This document shows positions 10,074 to 18,363 of a stretch of 48,016 nt of DNA, piece after piece. The position numbers and the translations under genes are program-made. Source of the stretch: Demequina sp. (GTDB lineage: Bacteria > Actinomycetota > Actinomycetes > Actinomycetales > Demequinaceae). Where the stretch lies: positions 1 through 48,016 of the forward strand of contig JBKBNW010000001.1 in NCBI GenBank assembly GCA_046295115.1. Direction: 5' to 3'. Positions within the stretch are counted from its first letter, which is position 1; each line of letters opens with the position of its first letter. Below the pieces are notes generated by a model that worked only from the letters and a program-made list of their open reading frames with translations, did not search any database and was not told where the DNA came from.

Positions 10074-10658
10074 TTACTGCCCGATGAGTCTTCGGGCAGC
10101 GGTGACGACGGAGGCACGGCGGCGTGCGTGTTCGGCGTCGCTCTCGGCTCCGGTGATCATGCGGGCGACCTGCGGTACCGCTGACCACCATCCGGCGAGT
10201 GAGAGCACGAGGAACATCAGGTGGTCGGCGTCGAGGTCGCTCGTTACTGTGCCCTTGGCCTGTCCGTCGGTCATGGCGGCGACTTTGTATCCGTAGTATT
10301 CGCGCCGCTCGGCCTCGTCGGGTACTTCGGTGTCGAAGACGAGCCCTTCCCAGCGCATGAGCCTGCCGAGTTCGGGGTGCTCGCGGTGGTAGTCGTAGAC
10401 GCGCCCGGCGTAGTCGCCCACGTCCTCGGTTGCGAATGATTCGACGGGCACGTCGCGGGCTACCTTCGCCAGTTCCTCGCGCAGTACGGTGGCGAAAAGT
10501 CTGTCCTTGCCCCCGAAGTGCGTGTAGACGCGCTCCTTGTTCACCCCGGCGGCCTTGGCGATGCGCTCGATGGTCGTGCCGTGCGGCCCGTGCGCGGCGA
10601 ACTCGGCCACCGCCGCGTCGAGGATGCGGCGCTTCCTGCCCTCAACATCCCAGCCCAT
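10074..10658 (-). CDS. TetR-family regulator
   Basis: MGWDVEGRKRRILDAAVAEFAAHG...IAKAAGVNKERVYTHFGGK. GAGGTGG RBS. Confidence 0.92.
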   Translation of the reverse strand: MGWDVEGRKRRILDAAVAEFAAHGPHGTTIERIAKAAGVNKERVYTHFGGKDRLFATVLREELAKVARDVPVESFATEDVGDYAGRVYDYHREHPELGRLMRWEGLVFDTEVPDEAERREYYGYKVAAMTDGQAKGTVTSDLDADHLMFLVLSLAGWWSAVPQVARMITGAESDAEHARRRASVVTAARRLIGQ

Positions 10659-10689
10659 CGTTCCCACCTCCCGTCTCGTGCGGTAAACC

Positions 10690-10755
10690 CAACGCTCACG
10701 TTGCGTCTTCGCGGTTAGCCTACTACAGTCAAATCCAACGGAAACGTTGGATTTG
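10690..10755. promoter_or_regulatory. Two TetR operator candidates (CAACG-N4-CGTTG)
   Basis: Perfect 11-bp IR CAAATCCAACG-GAAA-CGTTGGATTTG (10730-10755) and a core copy CAACG-CTCA-CGTTG (10690-10703) between the divergent tetR and MFS genes. Confidence 0.75.
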
Positions 10756-10757
10756 GA

Positions 10758-11981
10758 GTGGTGGTGTCTGCGAACTCGACGGAACAGATAGCGGGAGCAG
10801 GCGAGGCGCGCGAGCACCCGGCAGGGAACGGCGTGGTCGTGCTGCTCGTGGTCACGGCGCTGCTGGTGCTCACGCAGTTGTACGCGGCAATCCCGCTGAT
10901 CGCCCCGATCGGTGCGGAACTCGGCTCTGATGTGACGTTCGCGCTCTCGACGGTGTTCAGCGTGTGCTATGCGGTCGGGTTCCTGATCTGGGGGCCGTTG
11001 GCCGATCAGTACGGGCGGAAGCGGATCATGCTCATCGGCCTGGTGTATCTCACCGTCGCGACCATCGCCTGCGGCTTCGCCTCCACGGTGCCGATGCTTG
11101 CTGCGCTGCGCGGGGTGCAGGGGGTGATGGCGTCGAGTTTCGCGCCGGTTGCGCTCGCGTATCTGGCCGAAGCGACCCCGCTGAAGCGTCGGGCAACGGC
11201 GATCGGGGCCATGTCGACGGCATTCCTCGTTGCCGGGATCGCAGGCCAAGTACTCGCCTCCGCGCTCAGCCTGACGTTGGGCTGGCAGTGGGTGTTCATC
11301 CTCTCCGGCATCATGCTCGGCCTCGGCATGATCGGCGTCGCCGTGCTCGTCACCGAGCCGCACAGTCGCAGAGACGATGCGAGCCTGGTGCGTCGCTTCG
11401 CCGTAGTCGGGAGGGTCGCCACACGCCCCTCGGTGCTGCTACTGAGCCTCGCGCACCTAACGCTGCTGTTGTCGTTCGTCGGCATGTACACCGGCCTCGG
11501 CCCGCACCTGACCGACCTCTGCCTGGACTCATCGCAGGTGATCTGGCTCCGCCTCGTCGGGCTGCCGGGCATGTTCGCCTCCCTCTTCGCGGGCGCTATT
11601 GCGAAGCGTCTCGGCGGCGCGGGGGTTGCACGTGCCGGGTTCGCCCTCGCCGCGATTGGGCTGCTGATCGAAGCCGCACTCTCGGCATCCCTCGCGGGCA
11701 CGGCGCTGGCGAGTCTCGTGTGAGTCACTGGGGTCGCGCTCGCGGTGCCCGCGATGATCACCCTGTTCGGCGAGACCGCCGCCCCGAACCGGGCCGGTGG
11801 GATGGCGCTCAACGGATTCGTGCTGTTCCTCGGTGCCAGCGTCGGCCCACTCACTGCCTACCTGGGCTTGGACTTCCCGATCCTGCTCGTCAGTCTCGCC
11901 GCGCTCATGGTGCTCGCCGTCGCCAGCCTCACCGGGTTCGCCCGACTCACCCGCACGCCCGCTTCGGAGGTACCTGTATGA
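10758..11981 (+). pseudogene. MFS transporter with an in-frame TGA at 11721-11723
   Basis: GPLADQYGRKR motif A. Hydrophobic helices continue in the same frame after the stop (ORF 11745-11981). Confidence 0.85.
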
Positions 11982-12667
11982 CTCGCATCCTGATTCTCGG
12001 CGCGACCGGGCGCACCGGAGCCGCCATCCTCGCTCATCTCCCCGCAGGCATCGAGGCGACCGCTGCGCTGCGCGATCCGGCAGACACCACGCGGCTCGCC
12101 AAGACTGCTGCATCGCTGACCTCCACGGTCGTGAACATCGCTGAGAACGCCAGTCTCACGCAAGCAATGCACGGCATCGACGTCGTCATGAACGCGATCC
12201 GACTGCGTGAGGACATCGCCCCGACCGAACTCGTGGCCGTACATGATCGACTCATCGAGGCAAGCACCAAGGCCAACGGCGCTCCGGCCCGGATCGTCAC
12301 GGTCGGCGGAGCAGGAGCACTCCGACTCCCTGGAGACAGACGGTTCTGGCAAGACCCCCGGTTCCCAGAACCCACACTGCCGCGCGGGAGAGCACACGCC
12401 ATGCTGCGCGACCACCTCGAAGCGGGCAACGCAGGATCAGAATGGGCGTATCTGATCCCGCCGCCCGTCTACGAACCGGAGGGGCCGACGACAGCACGCT
12501 GGGAACGAGTCTCCCCTTCCACAGACGAGACTGCGTTCACCCGACAAGCGATCAGTTATGCCGACTTCGGAGCGGCAGTCGCGGAGACTTCCACCAAGGA
12601 CGACACTCGCACGCAACTCATCGCATGGCCCAGTGAACTGACAGAAAAGCACCCGATGAGTGGATAG
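11978..12667 (+). CDS. NAD(P)-binding oxidoreductase (atypical SDR)
   Basis: MTRILILGATGRTG, VGGAGAL, ISYADFG. GGAGG RBS. Confidence 0.88.
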   Translation: MTRILILGATGRTGAAILAHLPAGIEATAALRDPADTTRLAKTAASLTSTVVNIAENASLTQAMHGIDVVMNAIRLREDIAPTELVAVHDRLIEASTKANGAPARIVTVGGAGALRLPGDRRFWQDPRFPEPTLPRGRAHAMLRDHLEAGNAGSEWAYLIPPPVYEPEGPTTARWERVSPSTDETAFTRQAISYADFGAAVAETSTKDDTRTQLIAWPSELTEKHPMSG

Positions 12668-13571
12668 GCGCATCTCCCCGCCGTTGTCGGCTCGGACACG
12701 GACGACGCATCGACCTGTGGGCCTGGCGGCGTACAACGTTGTCCGGCTCGTTGTGATCCGTGACGGCACGGCCATCGTGTTCAGCGAGTTCGGACAGCAA
12801 CCCGTCAGCTTTGGCGACGCGGTGCTGCTGGGGCCGAGCGTGCTGTTCGGCGTCGAACCCGAGGGGCGGGTCACCTATACGACGGTCTACATCGACACCG
12901 ACATGGCGCTGGATCAGTTCTTCTGGCAACACTCCGCGATCTTGCACGACCGCCTCGACGCCCACGACTTCGCGGGAAAGGTGTACACCGAACCTGCCCA
13001 GGTACTGCACCTGGGCCGGGATCGAGCCGGGCGGTTGTTGCCGTGGCTGGACGAGCTGGTCGCCCTCACCGTCGAGGGCAAGTACCTGGAACGGTTCCAT
13101 CGGATGCAGGCGCTCTGGTTCCTCATCACCGATGTGATCGCGCCGTGCATCCGCGTCTCGACGGTGCGGCTGACCCGGCTGCAACGTGCCCGCGCTCGCC
13201 CGTTCTCCGCTCGAAGTCGGGTGCCTGAACCGTTGCGTCGTGAGGCGATGCTGGTGCGCGACGCGCTGCACAGCCGGATCACGCACCCGTGGACGCTCGC
13301 GGAACTGGCAGCCCTGGTGCGGCTCTCTCCGAAGCACCTGGTGCGCGTGTTCACGGACACGTTCGGGAAGACCCCGACCGCCTACCTGGTGATGCTCCGC
13401 GTGCAAGAGATGGCGCGGCTCCTACGCGAGACGAACATCACCGTCACCGCCACCGGGCAGCGGGTGGGGTGGCGGAGCCGGTCGCGCGCGGTAGAAGCAT
13501 CCACAGCGCACACCGGAGTGACACCGAGCCGCTACCGAGACATGCGCCCGCTCATGACCGACCTCCCATGA
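12660..13571 (+). CDS. AraC-family regulator
   Basis: C-terminal double HTH: WTLAELAALVRLSPKHLVRVF...LRVQEMARLLRET...GVTPSRYR. Confidence 0.88.
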   Translation: MDRRISPPLSARTRTTHRPVGLAAYNVVRLVVIRDGTAIVFSEFGQQPVSFGDAVLLGPSVLFGVEPEGRVTYTTVYIDTDMALDQFFWQHSAILHDRLDAHDFAGKVYTEPAQVLHLGRDRAGRLLPWLDELVALTVEGKYLERFHRMQALWFLITDVIAPCIRVSTVRLTRLQRARARPFSARSRVPEPLRREAMLVRDALHSRITHPWTLAELAALVRLSPKHLVRVFTDTFGKTPTAYLVMLRVQEMARLLRETNITVTATGQRVGWRSRSRAVEASTAHTGVTPSRYRDMRPLMTDLP

Positions 13572-13718
13572 CCGAGCCGGTCGCGCTGCCCGGCAAAGTG
13601 CCGGAGTGACCGGGAAACGCCCGGCCTGCTCGTCTCCTGCTTCGCCGCGACCGCCGGTGCTTGGTAGGCCGGTTCTTCCCCCTGGTTGCTCGGGGGTGGT
13701 CAGAGAAGGGAGGTCGTC

Positions 13719-14806
13719 ATGTCGCTGCTACTCGAACGCCCGGCGACCACGCCGACCGGTCATGAGCCTACAAGGACGCCGCAGTCGCCGCACCCCGCGA
13801 TAGTGCAGCCGGTCGAGCCGTGGAGTTGCGTCTATGTCACCAGCATCCGTCACCGTCGCATATTGGCGGCGACCGCCTATGACTGTGTGCGCTTCGTGGT
13901 CGTGCGCGACGGCTCGATCATCCTCACCGATGCCGATGCCGATGCCGATGCGGGCGGGTCGGCGTCGGTGGGTGATGTGGTGCTGGTCGCCCCGAACGTC
14001 GAGTTCGGGTACGAACCCGAGGGCACCGTCACGGTGAGGACAGTGGCAGTGGATACCGATTACTGGTCGAGCAGTTGTTCTGGCAGCACCTCGACGTGCT
14101 CGCGGACGGCGAAGCCGCACGCGACCTCGCAACTCACCTGTATCCCGATCCGGTGCAGGTGCTGCGCGTCGGAGAATCGCAGGCCGAACGGCTCGGGCCG
14201 ATCCTCGATGAACTCGCCACACTCACCGGCGAAGACCAATCGCCGCGCGGCTACTTCCGTGCGTATGCGCTGCTGTTCACGGTGCTCGCCGCCATCGCGC
14301 CGCTGGTTCGTCACGCGCCGGTGGAGGTGCCGCCGCTGACCTCTCGGCAGCGGGCCGTGCGGGTCGCGCCTCCCCGGTGGCGGGAGTTCAAGCCGGTGCG
14401 CCGCGAGATTATGCGCACGGCGGCGCTCATGCAGAGCAACATCGCCAGGCAGTGGCCGCTCACCGAACTGGACGCGCACGCCTGCCTGTCGCCGAGTCAG
14501 CTCAATCGGGTGTTCAAGGACTCGTTCGGGGTGACGCCGCCGGTGTACCTGTCGATCCTGCGCGTACAGGAGATGGCGCGCCTGATCCGCGAAACCGATC
14601 TGCTCATCGGCACGATCACCGAACGGGTCGGCTGGTGCCACCACTGCGGGCAAGCCTCGCGCATCTTCCGCCGCTACATGGGCGTGACCCCCATCGAGTA
14701 CCGGCGCTACGGCCCACCGTCCGCGAGCCGGGCGGGGCCGGGCGTCGGCATCGCCACCGCACGCGCCGACGACTCCCGTGGGAACGGGTGCGCACCTACC
14801 TACTGA
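13719..14806 (+). pseudogene. AraC-family paralogue, frameshifted near 14063
   Basis: The N-part (AYDCVRFVVVRDG...DTDY) and C-part (FWQH...LRVQEMARLIRET) are in different frames. Adding one base at TAC^TGGTCGAG restores DYLVEQLFWQH. Confidence 0.85.
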
Positions 14807-14837
14807 CACCTGCCCACACGACCGGAGGAACCCGACG

Positions 14838-15266
14838 ATGAGCACCGCCACCACGCGACCGCGATACGCTCCGGCGCGCCTGCATGTCGGGGTGGGGGTG
14901 ACGGTTCCGGCAAATTGCCGGAACCGTGCGACCAGGGCTTTTACTCCCGGCCGGGGTGGTTCCGTCGAATCGGCGGCACCACACTCGCGGGGCGACGGTC
15001 GGGGAAAATTTCCCACACCGTCCAGCCTGCGACCTCGGCCCGCTGTGCTGCTCGTTGTGGTTCTCGTGACGGTGGTGGCAAATTGGCACCACCGTCCGAC
15101 CAGGAGTTTCGCCGTTGCCCCCGCGAACCAAGCCGCATCCGCTGCGACCTCACCGCGACCGTTCACGGTGGTGTCGAATCGCCACCACCGTCGGACCTGC
15201 GCTTTCGCTCCGCTCGGCTGGCCGTCACGGGCGCGAACGGTGCCGCAAAATTTGCGGCACCGTTGA
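14838..15266 (+). CDS. Hypothetical 142-aa ORF running through the palindrome array
   Basis: GGAGG RBS and ATG 14838. Repeated peptides TVPANCRNR, TVVANWHHR, TVVSNRHHR, TVPQNLRHR. Confidence 0.35.
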   Translation: MSTATTRPRYAPARLHVGVGVTVPANCRNRATRAFTPGRGGSVESAAPHSRGDGRGKFPTPSSLRPRPAVLLVVVLVTVVANWHHRPTRSFAVAPANQAASAATSPRPFTVVSNRHHRRTCAFAPLGWPSRARTVPQNLRHR

Positions 15267-15301
15267 GCCGGTTCACGAGGGTACCGAATCGGCACCCCCG
15301 T
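14901..15301. repeat. Array of seven 27-bp palindromes (12-AAT-12)
   Basis: Units start at 14901, 14956, 14995, 15069, 15165, 15237, 15275. Arm pairing is 10-12 of 12. Confidence 0.92.
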
Positions 15302-15386
15302 GACATACCCCGTTTGGGGTCGGTCGCAGGTAGCTCCCTGTGGATAAGTCTGCATATAGTACCTCAACTCGATGCCAGGTACTAGA

Positions 15387-16466
15387 TGTACCCGGCCATG
15401 AGGTTGGTGGCGTTTCCGGTCTTGTGAAAGGGGAGAACCTCCGGGCTTAGTGGAGATGTCTGACGTCTTCACGAACTCGGAGGTTCTCGTGTCCCACCGT
15501 AATGCCCGCTTGACCGTGCACGGCAGGCTGCTCATCGTCCATCGTGCCGGTGCCGGGTGGAAGCAGGCGCATATCGCCGCGGCAATGGGCGTGTCCCGAC
15601 GCTGCGTGAAGCGGTGGCTGGACCGCTACCGCGCCGAGGGTGAAGCCGGTCTCTACGATCGCTCCTCGCGGCCTCACCACGTCGCCAACCGCACCCCCGA
15701 TGCCAGGGCCGCGGCGGTGGTCGCGATCCGGAAGAAGGAACGAGTCGGCCGTGACGAGGTCGCGGCCCGCACCGGGGTGCCGGCGCGGACGGTGTCGCGC
15801 ATCATCGCCCGGTCCGGGCTGCCTCGTCTGGTCGATCTGGACCCGATGACCGGGGAGCGGATCCGCGCGTCGAAGACCACAGCGGTCCGCTATGAACGCG
15901 AGCAGCCCGGCGAGCTGGTGCACATGGACGTGAAGAAGCTCGGTCGCATCCCCGACGGCGGCGGGTGGAAGGCGCACGGCAGAGCGATGGGCTCCACAGC
16001 CGCCCGGAAACAGACCGTCGTCGGCTACGACTACGTGCACTCCGTCGTCGACGACCACTCCCGGCTCGCATACTCCGAGGTCCTCCCCGACGAGAAGGGC
16101 CCGACCTGCGCCGCGTTCCTCGAACGCGCCATCGGCTACTTCGCCGCGCACGGCATCCCCCGCATCGAGCGGCTGATCACCGACAACGCCTGGGCCTACC
16201 GATGGTCGCTGCGCGGCGTCTGCGGCGCGCACGGCATCCGGCAGAAGTTCATCAAACCGCACTGCCCGTGGCAGAACGGCAAGGTGGAGAGGTTCAACCG
16301 GACCCTGCAAACCGAATGGGCCTACCGGCAACCGTTCACCTCGAACGACGACCGCACCGCAGCACTTGACCCCTGGCTCGAGCACTACAACACTGGACGA
16401 CGCCACTCAGCCCTCGGAGGCAACCCCCCGATCAGCCGACTGCAACCAACGTCCTGACCCCGTACA
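15387..16466 (+). mobile_element. IS481-family element, complete, 6-bp TSD
   Basis: IRL TGTACCCGGCCATGAGGTTGGT, IRR (reverse complement) TGTACGGGGTCAGGACGTTGGT. ACTAGA duplicated at 15381-15386 and 16467-16472. Confidence 0.95.
15489..16457 (+). CDS. IS481-family DDE transposase
   Basis: SHRNARLT, HMDVKKLGRI, VVDDHSRLAY, ITDNA, PWQNGKVERFNRTL. Confidence 0.95.
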   Translation: MSHRNARLTVHGRLLIVHRAGAGWKQAHIAAAMGVSRRCVKRWLDRYRAEGEAGLYDRSSRPHHVANRTPDARAAAVVAIRKKERVGRDEVAARTGVPARTVSRIIARSGLPRLVDLDPMTGERIRASKTTAVRYEREQPGELVHMDVKKLGRIPDGGGWKAHGRAMGSTAARKQTVVGYDYVHSVVDDHSRLAYSEVLPDEKGPTCAAFLERAIGYFAAHGIPRIERLITDNAWAYRWSLRGVCGAHGIRQKFIKPHCPWQNGKVERFNRTLQTEWAYRQPFTSNDDRTAALDPWLEHYNTGRRHSALGGNPPISRLQPTS

Positions 16467-16502
16467 ACTAGATGTTGTGGTTTGCCTGTCGTACCTGTCT
16501 AC

Positions 16503-16691
16503 ATGGATACCTCGACGCAGACCACCACAACCACGCCCGAACCAGCCTCGACCGATGCCCCCGAACCACTCGGCGCACGCCTCGCGCGGGAGAGCCGCGC
16601 AGCGCAGGGCCTGCCTCCGGTCATCGCTGACCCACGGGTGCGTGAGCAACTGCAAGCCCTCTGCGGCCTGCCGAAGGCGCGGGGGCGTTAG
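16503..16691 (+). CDS. Small hypothetical protein convergent with the recombinase (candidate directionality factor)
   Basis: 62 aa, ...RESRAAQGLPPVIADP.... Its stop overlaps the recombinase stop. Confidence 0.55.
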   Translation: MDTSTQTTTTTPEPASTDAPEPLGARLARESRAAQGLPPVIADPRVREQLQALCGLPKARGR

Positions 16692-18295
16692 GCGCGCCAG
16701 ACGAACTCGACCCGATGTGCGAGAATCCCCGCCCGGTACACCTCACGGCGGGCATGAAACGCTTCGACGGTCTCATTGCGCCGCCTCGCCGGTGTCGCGC
16801 CGTTCATCCCCCTGGGCAGGGCGTGAACGAGGACGGCTTCAAGGACGAGACTGGCGGCCTGGTGCTGCCACATCGGGGTACGGTCGGCCCACTCCTGTGC
16901 GACGGTCGTCATATCAATCGACGGGCCAGTGTGCTCCGGCACCGTGGCGGCGTACTCGCGGCGGGTGCGTTCGATGCGTTCGGCGATCCGTGAGCGTTGC
17001 CGCACCCACATCGACTTGTCGATCAACCCGTCGTAGTAGTCATCATCGAGCCGGGCGAGGCGTTCCCGGTCGGCATCGAGCGTCGCGGCAAGCCCCACTC
17101 GTGCGGCCTGATCCGCGCCCGGAGACTGGCGCTTGGCGGGGTTGAGGGTGATCTGCTCGAACGTCGCGAGCACGGCTTCCTCCACGAGTTTGGTGAGGTC
17201 GCCGGAACGGATCGAGCGGTTGCACCCGCCCGGCACCTGTTGCACACACTGATACACCTGGCCGCGATGCAGCATGGCGCGTCCGCAGGTCGAGCAGCGG
17301 ATCAGACCCGAGAACGGATACAGCCGTTTCGCCGCCCCACTGCCGGGCTGATGGAAGTTTCGGGCCTGCTTGCGGGCATCGAGCACATCGGAGACCTGCT
17401 GCCAGGTGTCCTCGTCCAAGATCGCGGGCCACGCGGCGGTCGTCTGCATCAGGGAGGTTTTCGACCGGGTGCCGTCCGGCAACAACGGTCGATACTCCCG
17501 TACCCCCTTGATCGAGGGGTTGCGCAGCACCAGTTTGAGTGTCCGATCCGACCACCGGCACCCGTGCGTCGTACGGATACCCCGCCGGTTCCAGTCGGTG
17601 AGAATCCGGTACAACGTCTCTCCGGCCAGCACCCGCCGCGCGGCTTCCCGCACCAACTCGGCAGCCTCGGGGTCGATCACGAGCGTGTGGTTCTCGGCGC
17701 GGTAGCCGAACGGCACCTGCCCACCATGCCAAGTGCCCTCGATGGCCTGCTGCTTCGCCGCCCGAGCGACACGGCGGGCGGTGTCGGCTGAGGACTTGTT
17801 CGCCATCGCGACCAGCACCCGCGCCATCGCCACATCAGAATCCGTATCCAACCTCAGCGAGCCGGTCACGGAGCGGACGCTGAAGCCGTTGAGTACCTTG
17901 GCGTCGATCAGGTCTTCCAAGTCTCTCGGGTCGCGCACCGCCCGATCCAGGTCGTAGGCGATCATCACCCCGGCGCGCTGCTCGCTGAGGTGCTTCAACA
18001 TCGCGCGGAACTCCGGGCGCACCACGCGCCGCACCCGCTCACCCGTCGGGAGTGTGATCGTGCGCTGCTTGAACGCCGACGTGTCGTTCTCCCGGTACAC
18101 CTGGGCGACTTCCCACCCGTGCGCTGCCGCATACGCCCGGCAGTCAGCTTCCTGCCGGTCAACACCGCGCTCGGTGCCCTCGGGATCATCACTGATCCGC
18201 ACATACACCACCGCCCGCAACGACGGCGACGCCTGCGCCGTCGCCTGGTCGTTCGGCTCATTGCCTGCGGTTCGTTCCTGCTGATCGTGGCTCAT
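16688..18295 (-). CDS. Large serine recombinase (integrase)
   Basis: YVRIS catalytic Ser, RPEF, DLDRAVRD, GGQVPFGY, zinc ribbon CSTCG...C...C, coiled coil. Confidence 0.95.
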   Translation of the reverse strand: MSHDQQERTAGNEPNDQATAQASPSLRAVVYVRISDDPEGTERGVDRQEADCRAYAAAHGWEVAQVYRENDTSAFKQRTITLPTGERVRRVVRPEFRAMLKHLSEQRAGVMIAYDLDRAVRDPRDLEDLIDAKVLNGFSVRSVTGSLRLDTDSDVAMARVLVAMANKSSADTARRVARAAKQQAIEGTWHGGQVPFGYRAENHTLVIDPEAAELVREAARRVLAGETLYRILTDWNRRGIRTTHGCRWSDRTLKLVLRNPSIKGVREYRPLLPDGTRSKTSLMQTTAAWPAILDEDTWQQVSDVLDARKQARNFHQPGSGAAKRLYPFSGLIRCSTCGRAMLHRGQVYQCVQQVPGGCNRSIRSGDLTKLVEEAVLATFEQITLNPAKRQSPGADQAARVGLAATLDADRERLARLDDDYYDGLIDKSMWVRQRSRIAERIERTRREYAATVPEHTGPSIDMTTVAQEWADRTPMWQHQAASLVLEAVLVHALPRGMNGATPARRRNETVEAFHARREVYRAGILAHRVEFVWRA

Positions 18296-18345
18296 CTCAG
18301 CCACCGCCTTCCTAGCTCTCATCGAGAGGTAGGTGCGTTTACAGA

Positions 18346-18363
18346 ACCTCGGCTAACCGAGGT
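18346..18363. other. Candidate attL/attR junction
   Basis: ACCTCGG-CTAA-CCGAGGT palindrome centred exactly where relaxase 2 is cut, 50 bp upstream of the recombinase start. Confidence 0.6.

Noticed and set aside
10074-12667. Long ORF-track versions of tetR (429 aa) and the oxidoreductase (567 aa)
   Set aside because: The extensions overlap the MFS gene. RBS-supported starts are at 10658 and 11978.
13927-13950. (CCGATG)4 as a phase-variation tract
   Set aside because: Hexamer unit keeps the frame, and the actual frameshift is about 110 bp away.
14901-15301. CRISPR, DGR or retron reading of the palindrome array
   Set aside because: Units are not identical repeats, spacing varies from 38 to 96 bp, and no cas or reverse transcriptase gene is in the window.
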